A stretch of 64,000 nt of DNA from an uncultured archaeon (GCA_964584335.1 CAZOZN010000003.1:118929-182928); one strand, 5' to 3'; counted from the first letter of the stretch, positions 50,234 through 60,260 are shown. Notes: generated by a model not told the origin, from the sequence alone. Translations and numbers: made by a program.

Positions 50234-50695
50234 TCAAATCCACTTTCTTACTTTTTTCTGATAATTTGTATATTTCTTACCGAAAGCTTTTTTCATGGAT
50301 TCTTCTTCAACTGGTATAAAAATAATCTCCATTATAATCCCAAATATTAATGGAAATATGAGGGTTATAAGAGAGCCAATAAATATAGACAATCCAAGAA
50401 GACATAAAAACATTCCCAAATACATCGGATGTCTGCTAAATTTAAACGAGCCTTCTAGAACTAGCTTAGTCGGTTTTTTATGAGGTTTTACTGTAGTTTT
50501 ATGCTTTTTGAATAATGTATCAGTATGTATGTTTATCCACACTCCAGCTAAAATGAGAACAACACCCAAAGCATTGTATGGAAATTTTATTGCAACTTCT
50601 AAATTTAATGTGTAATGAAATATTATAGAAACCAGTAATATAACCCAGAAATATGTTGTTGGCATTACTTTCTCTGCTAGCTCAATTTTGTTCAT
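50234..50695 (-). CDS. ICMT/PEMT-family membrane methyltransferase
   Basis: FSRHPMYLG, EE...FG..Y..Y...VRKW. Confidence 0.85.
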   Translation of the reverse strand: MNKIELAEKVMPTTYFWVILLVSIIFHYTLNLEVAIKFPYNALGVVLILAGVWINIHTDTLFKKHKTTVKPHKKPTKLVLEGSFKFSRHPMYLGMFLCLLGLSIFIGSLITLIFPLIFGIIMEIIFIPVEEESMKKAFGKKYTNYQKKVRKWI

Positions 50696-50738
50696 GTCTA
50701 TTTTTTGTTCTTTTTATTTAAAAATATTTTATAAATAA

Positions 50739-51218
50739 CTAAGCAGTTCCAAAAAGTTCTGTGTAAATCTTTCCTCCCATACAATATCTTAGAAAGTCGT
50801 TTGCTTCGCTCACTTTGTCTAAATTTATATCATATCCAGACCATATTCTAATTGTTTTTTCATCGTTTTTTATTTCTCTATCAGTTAATTCAAGATTTCT
50901 CATTACATCGATGTATGTTTCGGGCCATCTTTCAATCATATCTTCATTTATTTTCATCTTACTTAGGTAGTCTTTTATATTTTTCTTTATATTTCCTATT
51001 TCTCTAAGCGATTGTTTAAAGTTACCTTTCTTGTACTCAGGAACTTTATTCATTTTTTCTACAATATCTCCGCATGCTTTGTCTAATGGCAAGCAAGTTT
51101 CTTCATAAATTCTGTTGAAATTCATAATATCAAGGTTACTTTTTAAAATATTTAAGTCATTAAAATAGCAAAGCTTAAGTAATTTGGTTTTTATTTTATT
51201 TTGTGATTTTATGGGCAT
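50739..51218 (-). CDS. hypothetical protein
   Basis: ORF; start uncertain, probably MNFNR. Confidence 0.45.
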   Translation of the reverse strand: MPIKSQNKIKTKLLKLCYFNDLNILKSNLDIMNFNRIYEETCLPLDKACGDIVEKMNKVPEYKKGNFKQSLREIGNIKKNIKDYLSKMKINEDMIERWPETYIDVMRNLELTDREIKNDEKTIRIWSGYDINLDKVSEANDFLRYCMGGKIYTELFGTA

Positions 51219-51864
51219 TATTAATTATGCAAAAAATGTTTTGAAATACCTTGAAAACACGAGAGAGACTGGCAGAATAGTCAAGAAAAACAAGGATTTT
51301 CTAAATTTTTATGAAGCCCAAGGATGTGTTACAGTACCTTTGGTTCCAAGAGAGCAGCTAAATGAAATGGAAATAATTCGTGACAAAGATGTTGAATATG
51401 ATAGGGAATTTGAAGTAAAGGAACCGCTCCTTATATATGTCGATGCTTTGAGTGATGAGCAGAAAAGGCAGATGCCTCCATTTTCCCTTAAAACAAAGAT
51501 AGATGGTCCTGTTGGTCTAAATCCAAAATATTATAATATTAGAAATGAACTGGCATATGATTCTATGAACCTTTATATGAATAAGGCGAAAGAGCTTGGT
51601 TTGAGTGGAAGAGGAAAATGGCTTGAGGTAGATTATCATACCGAGGATTTTGATATGCTTGATGAAAGCTTCTTTGATGAATTGTTCCAAAGGACTAAAA
51701 TGACAAAACAAGATATATCAAATTCTTCGAGACAATTCAACTGTGGATGGCCTCTTTCTTACGTTCATAAAATTGATAGCAGACCTGAATGTACCAGAGA
51801 ACTCGAGAATTCCGTTAATTCCATAAAAGAAATAATATGGGGTCGTGGTTTTTTTGATTTATGA
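51211..51864 (+). CDS. hypothetical protein
   Basis: Long ORF; start taken at MGIIN. Confidence 0.55.
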   Translation: MGIINYAKNVLKYLENTRETGRIVKKNKDFLNFYEAQGCVTVPLVPREQLNEMEIIRDKDVEYDREFEVKEPLLIYVDALSDEQKRQMPPFSLKTKIDGPVGLNPKYYNIRNELAYDSMNLYMNKAKELGLSGRGKWLEVDYHTEDFDMLDESFFDELFQRTKMTKQDISNSSRQFNCGWPLSYVHKIDSRPECTRELENSVNSIKEIIWGRGFFDL

Positions 51865-52407
51865 CTTGTTTTTTGATTTTTCTTTATTCAGATAATCATC
51901 AGATTTGACTATTTTCTTTCCAGATAAGTCTTTTACGGGCTGGGCATGTGATACATAATTTAATCCTTTTAAAGTATGTTTTAATTTTGGTAATTCTTTT
52001 CTGAATATTATCCCGTGATAGAATTTTCTTGGCTTGTCTTTGTGTGAATATGCTCTTTGAGTTCTTGTGAAGACAAAACCATTCTTTCTAAGCCTTCTCC
52101 ACAGTTCTTTTGATTGTTTTTTTGGTATTTTTATTGTAACTGAAACCTCACCTATTGCCATTTTTTCTTCTATCCACGAACCCATATTATAACCGATAAC
52201 ATAACCGATTGCCATCACGGCTACAATTGGGATAGTTAGTTTGTTTGTTATAAGGTCTCTGAAAACTAGAAGAAAAATTACAGTATCTACTGCTATTAAT
52301 GTGGTTGCTATTTTTCTATGACCGGCTATTTCATTTATTTTTCTTAGTGTTTTGATTGTGTTTATCCCCATACAAGCTAAGAATACAAAAACAAGTCTTT
52401 CTATCAT
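51859..52407 (-). CDS. DUF2179/UPF0316-like membrane protein
   Basis: GYVIGYNMGSWIEEKMAIG, LRKNGF. Confidence 0.7.
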   Translation of the reverse strand: MIERLVFVFLACMGINTIKTLRKINEIAGHRKIATTLIAVDTVIFLLVFRDLITNKLTIPIVAVMAIGYVIGYNMGSWIEEKMAIGEVSVTIKIPKKQSKELWRRLRKNGFVFTRTQRAYSHKDKPRKFYHGIIFRKELPKLKHTLKGLNYVSHAQPVKDLSGKKIVKSDDYLNKEKSKNKS

Positions 52408-52441
52408 AAGTTTTATTTTCTGTAGCGCGAGATATGTAAAG

Positions 52442-52774
52442 TTAACGGTTTTTCTTTGTGGCTACATAATCTATTATGATTCCGTAGACAATGCCTGCAA
52501 AAAAACTCGGAATATCCCTGAAGCCGGTAGAAATGCTATGAGCAAGTGTTACTAAAAGGCCCAACAAAATACCTCTTAGATATGGGTTTTTATTTGATTT
52601 TAATATTCTCAATTTTCCTGAAAGACCTATTACAAAACCCATTAGTAATCTGTTGTACCACATCGAGAAAAGGAAAAGATAGTTTCCCGAGAATCCGACT
52701 CTCGCGCCCACTCCTATTATACATATTACTCCGAGCAAGGCCCCGGTTATTGTTGATATTAAAATTCTCTTCAT
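52442..52774 (-). CDS. Gly-rich membrane protein
   Basis: 4 TM. Confidence 0.65.
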   Translation of the reverse strand: MKRILISTITGALLGVICIIGVGARVGFSGNYLFLFSMWYNRLLMGFVIGLSGKLRILKSNKNPYLRGILLGLLVTLAHSISTGFRDIPSFFAGIVYGIIIDYVATKKNR

Positions 52775-52871
52775 TATTATTTTTTTATTTTTTGTTAATT
52801 TATAATTTTGATGACCGAAAACAATTTAAAAGTCTAAGATGAATTTACTTATCTCTATTAAGCGTGTTAAT

Positions 52872-53183
52872 ATGAAAGACGGATGCATGATTATTTGGGA
52901 AGGAAAGGATGACAAGTATCACTGCAATTTTTGTGAATTGCAGGAGCAAGTACCAAGCCTTTACCAAAAAATGGCGGATGGTTTTTCTGGTTTAGGGAAC
53001 AAGTTAGAGGGAGGTTGTTCTCATATACCAGCAGGAAAGGTTCAAGATGCTGTAAAAGAGGGAGAAATTGCTGTAAAGAAGAAGAATAAAGGCTATGATG
53101 TTGATTTTAAGAGAGAGCTTTCCGACTACGGATTCAAAAAACCAGAAGAAGATTATGAGTTGTTTGATTTTCCTGGCAGGTAA
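52872..53183 (+). CDS. hypothetical protein with Cys/His motifs
   Basis: HCNFC, GCSH. Confidence 0.5.
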   Translation: MKDGCMIIWEGKDDKYHCNFCELQEQVPSLYQKMADGFSGLGNKLEGGCSHIPAGKVQDAVKEGEIAVKKKNKGYDVDFKRELSDYGFKKPEEDYELFDFPGR

Positions 53184-53235
53184 TTTATTTTTTTATAATG
53201 AATAATTAGGATTAAACAATTAAACAAAAGAAAAT

Positions 53236-53295
53236 GATGGAAAGAATACCAACCGAAGTTGATATCCCCCACCTGAACAACCGAAGTCATTCAAA
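53236..53295 (-). ncRNA. putative small RNA with two UUCG hairpins
   Basis: TGAATGAC-TTCG-GTTGTTCA and GGATATCAAC-TTCG-GTTGGTATTC; TTAAATA box upstream, U-tract downstream. Confidence 0.55.
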
Positions 53296-53383
53296 CTATA
53301 CTTGGTACATTAACTATTTAAGCTTGACTTGCAGGAAGGTTTTTATAGATTAATATCGATATCTTTTACTGATTGATTTTTTT

Positions 53384-53713
53384 ATGCTGGCTAAAAATTT
53401 AATAAAAGATAAGATGATAGATGAAGGAATCACAGTTGAGAAAGAGTTTCTGAAGCCTTTGGATATATGGAAACTTATGAGTGATTACTCTTATTTTCAC
53501 CAGTCAACTCTTTACAAATCTATAAGAAGCCTTACAGAAGAGGAAGAGATGAGATGTGGTGCTTTGTATCCTCCCGAAGGAAGAATGTCTTGCTACTACG
53601 CGGCCGTTGACGATTATGACGTAGATATAGAACCGGAAGAGCCACTATGGCTTAAGAAAAAAGGAGGCAGGGTTGTGGTTGAGGAAAGGTATAAAATTAA
53701 GAAAATTGCTTAG
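53384..53713 (+). CDS. hypothetical protein
   Basis: 109-aa ORF. Confidence 0.5.
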   Translation: MLAKNLIKDKMIDEGITVEKEFLKPLDIWKLMSDYSYFHQSTLYKSIRSLTEEEEMRCGALYPPEGRMSCYYAAVDDYDVDIEPEEPLWLKKKGGRVVVEERYKIKKIA

Positions 53714-53765
53714 TTACTATAATTTTGCTGTCAAATTTTAATAAGGGTTAATAATATAGTATTTT

Positions 53766-54695
53766 ATGAAGGTAAGAACACCGGGCTTTCTTCAAATTAT
53801 ACGAGCACCTTTTTTATTTGCTATTCTTGTGCCACTTTTTATAGGAACAATAACATCGATTTCAATAACCGGTAAATTTAATTTTATCGGTTTTCTGTTT
53901 GCTTGTTTCATAGGTTTAAGCCTTCATATATCAACAAACGTATACAATGATATACACGATACTAGGAACAGGGCCGACAACTTAGAATCCAAAAAAAGTG
54001 CTTTCAGCGGAGGCTCAGGGATACTTGTTGATTTTCCATACTTAGAGAAAAAAATGCTTATTATAGCAAGGCTTGGAATAGTTTTTGGTTTTATTGGTTC
54101 TTTTTTTATGTTATTTTTAGTTGAAACTTTTTTATGGCCTTATGTGATTTTTGTATATCTGATGTCTGCTTTTCTCAGCAAGTACTATACTGCTGAACCT
54201 TTCAAATTCTCTTACCGTGGTTTGGGGGAGATTGTTGTAATTTTTGGTTTCGGTAATCTTGCAATATTGCTTTCATCACTTGGACAGAATTTGGGACCTC
54301 ATCCTATAATTATGGCACTTATGCCTTTGACAGGTTTAATGACATTATTTCTTGTTTGGATGGGTCAGATAGTTGACTTGCCTACAGACATTAAGGCGGG
54401 GAAGATGGGTCTTGTATCTAGGATTGGTAAAGTGAAATCTTATTACGTGCTTGTTTTTATACACCTGTTTTCTGTTTTTTATGCAATAGTATTCGGTTAC
54501 TTTTTTGTTGAGCCTTATTGGCCAATTTTTTTGTCTTTTGTGCCTTATCTAATATATTTTCCTAGAATTTTTAAAAAAATAGTAAAAAATCCCTCCAGAA
54601 AAAATATAATTAAGATTTCAGTTGATAATTTTATGCTTTATTTTTCTTTTTCTATTTTTCTTATTTTAGGTTTTTTCCTTTCACTTTTTATTTAA
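53766..54695 (+). CDS. menA: MenA-like UbiA-family prenyltransferase
   Basis: NVYNDIHD, SGGSG, GLGEIVV, DxxxDxxxGK. Confidence 0.75.
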   Translation: MKVRTPGFLQIIRAPFLFAILVPLFIGTITSISITGKFNFIGFLFACFIGLSLHISTNVYNDIHDTRNRADNLESKKSAFSGGSGILVDFPYLEKKMLIIARLGIVFGFIGSFFMLFLVETFLWPYVIFVYLMSAFLSKYYTAEPFKFSYRGLGEIVVIFGFGNLAILLSSLGQNLGPHPIIMALMPLTGLMTLFLVWMGQIVDLPTDIKAGKMGLVSRIGKVKSYYVLVFIHLFSVFYAIVFGYFFVEPYWPIFLSFVPYLIYFPRIFKKIVKNPSRKNIIKISVDNFMLYFSFSIFLILGFFLSLFI

Positions 54696-55724
54696 CTAAA
54701 GCCTAAACAAAGCCACCTTTTCTATTATTTTTTTTATAATTGCTGGGAAGAAACCTTTAATTGTTATATTATTCCATACCAAAATTCCTTTTTTGTCACC
54801 CAAGCTTATTACAATAGGCGCAGAGCTTTTTTTGTACTTTATTAAGTTTTTGTTTTCTGATATTCTTCTTATATTTTTTGATATTAGTTTACCGTGAACA
54901 AACGCATTATGTGCATTTTTCTCTTCTTTTATTCCAGTTACATCTCCACCAGCAAATATATTTTCATGCCCTTTAAGCTGCATATAAACATTAACTAATA
55001 TTCTGTTTCTTTTATCCGTAGCTTCTTTCAAGTCTTTAAGGATTTTATTTTTCCATTTGAGACCAGTCGACCATATGCAAATATCCGCTTCTATTTTCCT
55101 TCCTTTGTCTGTTTTAAAATAATTATTTTCATGCCATTTTACCTTTTCGTTGTAGATTATATTACAGCCGTTTTTTTTCATAAATGATTCTGCATAAAAT
55201 GAAGCGTTTTTTGTGTTCCTTTCTATAAGTCTTTTATTGCTGTGAACTATTGTGACTTCTTTATTGCTTTTAGTTAAAATTTCCCCAGCCACTTCTGTTC
55301 CTATAAGGCCACCGCCCACTATTAGTATTCTTTTGGATTTTCTCAGATTCTTTTCTATCTTTATGGCATTTTCAGAAGAGTTTAGTTTATATACGTTTTT
55401 TTTGTTTTCTAAGAAAACAGGGTACTCTGCTCCTTTTGAGACTACAAGAAAATCAAATAAAATTTCTCCTTTTTCTGTTATTATTTTTTCAGGAGTTACT
55501 TTTTCTATTTTTTCTGTTTTTATTTCACAGTTATAGAGAAATTTTTTGTATGGTACTCTTATTTTTTCAATCTTTTTTTGTTCGAATAGTATTTTATGTA
55601 TCCCGGGATTAAAATCAAAATATTTTTTTTTATCTATCAGTGTAATATCAAATTTTTTGTATTTTTGAAGTCTTCTTGCGACTTCTATTCCGCAAAATCC
55701 TCCTCCTAAAATTACTATTTTCAT
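54696..55724 (-). CDS. FAD-dependent NAD(P)H oxidoreductase, NDH-2/AIFM2-like
   Basis: GGGFCG, GGGLIGTEVAGE, IFAGGD. Confidence 0.82.
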   Translation of the reverse strand: MKIVILGGGFCGIEVARRLQKYKKFDITLIDKKKYFDFNPGIHKILFEQKKIEKIRVPYKKFLYNCEIKTEKIEKVTPEKIITEKGEILFDFLVVSKGAEYPVFLENKKNVYKLNSSENAIKIEKNLRKSKRILIVGGGLIGTEVAGEILTKSNKEVTIVHSNKRLIERNTKNASFYAESFMKKNGCNIIYNEKVKWHENNYFKTDKGRKIEADICIWSTGLKWKNKILKDLKEATDKRNRILVNVYMQLKGHENIFAGGDVTGIKEEKNAHNAFVHGKLISKNIRRISENKNLIKYKKSSAPIVISLGDKKGILVWNNITIKGFFPAIIKKIIEKVALFRL

Positions 55725-55776
55725 TTTAACACTATAGATTCTGTTTTTTTGATTTTTTATAATTTAAATTCTTTTT

Positions 55777-56076
55777 GTGCAATATTATAAACAGGTGAGA
55801 CAATTGACACCAATACCATTAGATGAGGCAAGAAGAAGGTCGGGAAGAGACATCCTTCTGGACTTAAGAATAGACAAGGAGAAGAGATACACAGATGCAG
55901 TTTTGTGGAATAATATGGAACACGACAAGGCCTACACAGAGGATGAAGTAAAACAAATAATAAATGAAAAATCAGAAGTATGGCCTTACCATCCCAGAGA
56001 ACTCAACCTTCAGCAAATACGTGTTTTTGACAAGAAAACAAAAGAACACGTAATTTACTACGCTTTAAAACACTAA
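55777..56076 (+). CDS. hypothetical protein
   Basis: 99-aa ORF. Confidence 0.45.
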   Translation: MQYYKQVRQLTPIPLDEARRRSGRDILLDLRIDKEKRYTDAVLWNNMEHDKAYTEDEVKQIINEKSEVWPYHPRELNLQQIRVFDKKTKEHVIYYALKH

Positions 56077-56083
56077 AGAATTA

Positions 56084-56584
56084 TTAAATTTTCCTGCTGT
56101 CGTATGCCCAGTGAAGCAGTGCCTGTCTTTGTTTTCTTCTGCATTTCAGGTCATTTTTCTTGCAATTTTTCTTTATCTGGGCAACATGCCTTTTCATGGC
56201 CTTCCATCTCTTTATCTGTCTATTATCATCATGGCAACGCCTTCCCATGTAGTACCTGCAGTACCACTGAAACCACCCCCTCGGGTCCTCGTGATAAATC
56301 CATCCCTTTTTAATCCAGTAGGATAGTGGTTTTGATGCATTAACACCAAATAAGTTTAGTTTGGGGTCGTGTTTTTCATGGCAAAGCTTTGCTTTCTTGA
56401 ACCAAGTATCAGGAAACTCGCCTATGCAATCGGTCATGTACTTGCCGCCAAAAACACCAAGCTCAAGCATTTCCTTGGGAGTGAGTTCGGGCTTGAAACC
56501 CGCATGGAAGTTCTTCCCGACAGGTTCCTCCAAATAATAAGTATAATTACTTTGCATCAAATCATTCACTAAAACTTTTTTCAT
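56084..56584 (-). CDS. conserved uncharacterised protein (GWFQWYCRY family)
   Basis: LTPKEMLELGVFGGKY, DPRGWFQWYCRYYMGRR, RQALLHW. Confidence 0.75.
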   Translation of the reverse strand: MKKVLVNDLMQSNYTYYLEEPVGKNFHAGFKPELTPKEMLELGVFGGKYMTDCIGEFPDTWFKKAKLCHEKHDPKLNLFGVNASKPLSYWIKKGWIYHEDPRGWFQWYCRYYMGRRCHDDNRQIKRWKAMKRHVAQIKKNCKKNDLKCRRKQRQALLHWAYDSRKI

Positions 56585-56588
56585 AGAA

Positions 56589-57485
56589 TCACTTTGACTT
56601 ATAGTAGTCTCTGTTTCTGTCATCTTCTACCTCTGCAATAAGCTCTTCAGGATATGGTGAAAATATTGACTGTCCGGCAATTTTGGGATTGGATTTATCC
56701 GCCTCAAATCGAAGGATATCAAGAACACAAGAAAAACTGGTCTTGTTGTTTGAATATTTTTTTATGAGTCCATCAAATTTATTTTTTTCTCCGAGTTCTT
56801 TTACAATTTCCTTTAAAATTTCTGCTTTTTGTCCGGTTTCGGGTGGTCTTTGGAGAGATTTTCTTAGTTCTTCCTCTTTTGATCTATCATTTCCGTAAAG
56901 CTTAAGAAGAAGTCTGTTATTTTCAAAGAAATCTTCCAATCTTCCTTTATTCTTCTGATTTCTAAAATCGGCCATGATAAAAAGAGATGTAAGAAAATGA
57001 TGTCTTATTTTTTTGTTTTTAAGTCTTTTCTCGTCTTCCATTGGGTGAAGAGGGAATTTTTCAATCACATACCTAGAAAAAAAACCACACGTTTTATCCA
57101 CAACAGGTGATTTTTCTGTTTCCTTGTAGACTTTTATATTACTGAGACCGACACTAGGAGAATCTGATTTAAAAATTACCCCGTCTATTTCAACTATTCC
57201 GGATAAAAATCTTTTGCTGAAAATTTTCATTTTTTCTGTCAGATCTTCCTCTGTCTTTGGCTGTATTAATCTCTCTTCATCATCAACTTTGACAATTCTT
57301 ATTGGAGGCCTTGGTACACCAAGACCTATAGAAAACTCCGGACAGACTTTTACATATTCGACAAATGGTTCCAGCTCCCTAACAATCTTACATGGTATTA
57401 CTTGTCCATCAAACCTTACTTTTTCAAATTCTAGACACGAACTTACTAAAACTATTGGCTTTGAATATTTTCTCATAGTATTCAT
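56589..57485 (-). CDS. DUF523(+DUF1722) YbgA-like thio-nucleobase desulfidase family
   Basis: VSSCL, VRFDG, VCPE...GVPR, KSDSPS, EDExRL. Confidence 0.8.
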   Translation of the reverse strand: MNTMRKYSKPIVLVSSCLEFEKVRFDGQVIPCKIVRELEPFVEYVKVCPEFSIGLGVPRPPIRIVKVDDEERLIQPKTEEDLTEKMKIFSKRFLSGIVEIDGVIFKSDSPSVGLSNIKVYKETEKSPVVDKTCGFFSRYVIEKFPLHPMEDEKRLKNKKIRHHFLTSLFIMADFRNQKNKGRLEDFFENNRLLLKLYGNDRSKEEELRKSLQRPPETGQKAEILKEIVKELGEKNKFDGLIKKYSNNKTSFSCVLDILRFEADKSNPKIAGQSIFSPYPEELIAEVEDDRNRDYYKSK

Positions 57486-57496
57486 CTTTTTTAATC

Positions 57497-58489
57497 TTAA
57501 AAAATATCTTTATATTTCCCGTAACCTTCTTTTTCCAAGTTATCCCTTGGAATGAACCTTAATGCCGCCGAGTTTATGCAGTATCTTTTACCTGTGGGTT
57601 CCGGACCATCCATGAATAGATGGCCCAAATGAGAATCTGCTTTCTTGCTCCTTACCTCTGTCCTTCCGTCAAGTTCCTTTCTTGTTACTATGTTTCCCGG
57701 TTCCAGAGCTTTGTAAAAGCTGGGCCAGCCCGTTCCCGAGTCGTACTTGTGCATGGAACTGAATAGAACCTCTCCAGAAACAACATCAACATAAATTCCC
57801 TCTTCCTTGTTGTCCCAGTATTCGTTGTTGAATGCCATTTCCGTGGCCCCACTTTGGGTAACCCTGTACTGTAGGTCTGTTAGGTTTCCTTTTGTTGAGC
57901 AGGAATAGCACTTTTTTAATCCGCCGGTAAAATAATTCTGGTGATATTTTTCTGCTGGATAAAATTCCTTTGCAGGTAATAATTCAGTGACTATGGGTTT
58001 ATTGTACAGGCCAGATTCTTCGATTTCTTTTTTTGACTTCTCTGCCTTTTCCTTTTGTTCTTGGTCATGATAAAATATTGCGGTTTTGTATTGAGAACCC
58101 CTGTTTACAGATTGTCCTCCCGAATCGGTCGGGTTTATTTTATTCCAGAAAACTTCAAGCATTTTTTCATAGCTTGTTTTATTTTTATCGTAATAAACTC
58201 TTACAGATTCATAGTGGCCGGTATTTCCTGTTGAAACTTGTTCGTAGCTGGGGTCTTCTGTATTGCCTCCCGTGTAACCACTTATCGCTTCTACAACACC
58301 TTCAGTTTCCTCAAAGGCCTTTTCAACCCCCCAGAAACAACCTCCAGCAAAAGTAGCTTTCTCATATCCTGATTCTTCAAATCTCTCAAAATCTTCAGTT
58401 GCTTTTTCTTTGTTTTTGTTCAGCCTTGGTAATAATACAAGAAAAGATAAAATCAATAGAATTATAATTAAAAAGTACCCGAACCTCAT
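57497..58489 (-). CDS. msrAB: membrane-anchored methionine sulfoxide reductase MsrA/MsrB fusion
   Basis: GGCFWG, YHQNY; [18 protein letters not shown]; N-terminal TM. Confidence 0.93.
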   Translation of the reverse strand: MRFGYFLIIILLILSFLVLLPRLNKNKEKATEDFERFEESGYEKATFAGGCFWGVEKAFEETEGVVEAISGYTGGNTEDPSYEQVSTGNTGHYESVRVYYDKNKTSYEKMLEVFWNKINPTDSGGQSVNRGSQYKTAIFYHDQEQKEKAEKSKKEIEESGLYNKPIVTELLPAKEFYPAEKYHQNYFTGGLKKCYSCSTKGNLTDLQYRVTQSGATEMAFNNEYWDNKEEGIYVDVVSGEVLFSSMHKYDSGTGWPSFYKALEPGNIVTRKELDGRTEVRSKKADSHLGHLFMDGPEPTGKRYCINSAALRFIPRDNLEKEGYGKYKDIF

Positions 58490-58525
58490 GAGTAACTAAT
58501 TGTTTTTTATTTGATTTATATTTGA

Positions 58526-58924
58526 TTAATTTATAATTGGGTTAATCACTTCATCTAGATAGTTCCTTATATCAGGTATTTCTGTTTTTCTATCGCTCCA
58601 ATCAACTATTGTATCTTTTTCTCCTTTTAGATAGTTCCTTCCGTTTTTTGAATACGAAGCAATTTCTTGCATACCCGCACACTTACCTACTTCACATTCT
58701 GGGTTTAATTTGCATCCAGACTCGTATATCGCTTTTGTATCTATTATGTAAGAACCATTCTTGTTGTTTATCTTTATTCTTGACCAGAAGTCTTCACTTT
58801 TCGTATCTATTTTTACTGAACCCAATATAGTCCATGGTTTTTTTAATTTTATTTCTGCTTCATAATCTTTTTTGATTTCATCTATTTGTCTCGAAATTAT
58901 GTAAATTTCATTGTCTGTTAACAT
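58526..58924 (-). CDS. hypothetical protein
   Basis: 132-aa ORF. Confidence 0.5.
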   Translation of the reverse strand: MLTDNEIYIISRQIDEIKKDYEAEIKLKKPWTILGSVKIDTKSEDFWSRIKINNKNGSYIIDTKAIYESGCKLNPECEVGKCAGMQEIASYSKNGRNYLKGEKDTIVDWSDRKTEIPDIRNYLDEVINPIIN

Positions 58925-58983
58925 AGAATCAAGTATAAAAATTAATATTTATATTCTTTAATCTTCGTCATATATCGTTAAAA

Positions 58984-59436
58984 TCAAATCCAGTCTACCT
59001 GCATTGCAAGCTCTTCCGGCTGTTTTCCAAATGTCATATCAAGAACATTGTAAGGTATGTATGTGTAGCCGTATGTTGGTTTTTCTTTTTCCTTTTTTTC
59101 TTCAAAACTGTTAACTTTGAATTTATCATCTATCCTTTCTTTTTCCTGCCTCGTTATATATATTCTCGAATGTACGCAAGGGGCATGTCTTATTAGTTCG
59201 TCATAAACAGGATTATTACAAAGAGATTTGTCTTTAAGAAGTTCTCCGTATGTATAAATTTCTTTTTTATTTATTTCGTCTGTCTCTCCAAGAGTTACCT
59301 TTATGTTTTCTGGTGGTTTTTTGGGTGTTCTTATGTCCATAAGGTAAACCCTGAAAATTTCATCATCTACTTTTCTTGCATACCTCTGTTTAAGAACATC
59401 AGTCGGCCTCTCATAATTCAATAAAAAACTTTTCAT
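58984..59436 (-). CDS. hypothetical protein
   Basis: 150-aa ORF. Confidence 0.5.
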   Translation of the reverse strand: MKSFLLNYERPTDVLKQRYARKVDDEIFRVYLMDIRTPKKPPENIKVTLGETDEINKKEIYTYGELLKDKSLCNNPVYDELIRHAPCVHSRIYITRQEKERIDDKFKVNSFEEKKEKEKPTYGYTYIPYNVLDMTFGKQPEELAMQVDWI

Positions 59437-59472
59437 GTAAAAAATTATTTTTTAAATTTTAAATACATATCA

Positions 59473-59943
59473 TTAGTTCAAAATCCATATGCTGTAATTA
59501 AGGAATGCTGCAAAACTGACCCACAAAATGTAAGGTATGAGAAGATAAGCAGCTCTCTTATCTATTCTGTAAAACAAAATTATAGAAGCAGCTATTGCTA
59601 TCCAAAGGAATATTATTTCTATGAATGCTAGAAATGGATTTTGAATTCCAAAAAACAACAAAGACCATAAAGTATTGAGTGCAAGTTGAGCTCCGAAAAC
59701 AGATACAGCTAATTTGTTTTTCTCAAGACCCCTTTCCCATATTAGGAAAAGCGATATACCCATCAATATGAACAGCGTAGTCCAAACAGGAGCGAAAATC
59801 CAGTTGGGTGGATTAAAGGCGGGTTTGTTTATTGAAGCATACCAGGTAGGTATGCTAGAAGTCGTGAATATTGAGCCTATTATTCCTGCCAGGTTGCATA
59901 TTATTACTGATGCTACCAGTCTAATTATTTTTCTCTTTTCCAT
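59473..59943 (-). CDS. tspO: TspO/MBR tryptophan-rich sensory protein
   Basis: WY...KP.FNPPNWIFAPVW, LNTLWS, PYILWVSFA. Confidence 0.93.
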   Translation of the reverse strand: MEKRKIIRLVASVIICNLAGIIGSIFTTSSIPTWYASINKPAFNPPNWIFAPVWTTLFILMGISLFLIWERGLEKNKLAVSVFGAQLALNTLWSLLFFGIQNPFLAFIEIIFLWIAIAASIILFYRIDKRAAYLLIPYILWVSFAAFLNYSIWILN

Positions 59944-59975
59944 AAGATACTTTCCACTTTATTTTTTAAATGTTT

Positions 59976-60119
59976 TTATTTTCCCAAATTGTTCTTCTTT
60001 ACGAAAGCCCATAATTTTTTTGTCATTTCTGCAGGGTTCATATCACCAGTACCGAACACTTCCTCTAAAGTTTTGTCTTTTACTTGATTGAAGTTTATTT
60101 TATAGTTTCCAAATGCCAT
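59976..60119 (-). CDS. 47-aa SWIB-like microprotein
   Basis: MAFGNYKINFNQVKDKTLEEVFGTGDMNPAEMTKKLWAFVKKNNLGK; SD AGGTGA; not in ORF track. Confidence 0.65.
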   Translation of the reverse strand: MAFGNYKINFNQVKDKTLEEVFGTGDMNPAEMTKKLWAFVKKNNLGK

Positions 60120-60123
60120 TATA

Positions 60124-60255
60124 TCACCTTCTATGTTTTGAATAAAGAAAAGTGCTTATTCCAAAAAGCACGAAACCCAGTATAATCATTGTCCAAGCCA
60201 GGGTACTGTCCAAACCGCCAACTTTATCAATCCATCCGTAAAATTCTGTTAGCAT
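60124..60255 (-). CDS. 43-aa single-TM microprotein
   Basis: MLTEFYGWIDKVGGLDSTLAWTMIILGFVLFGISTFLYSKHRR; fills the gap exactly. Confidence 0.5.
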   Translation of the reverse strand: MLTEFYGWIDKVGGLDSTLAWTMIILGFVLFGISTFLYSKHRR

Positions 60256-60260
60256 AAATA

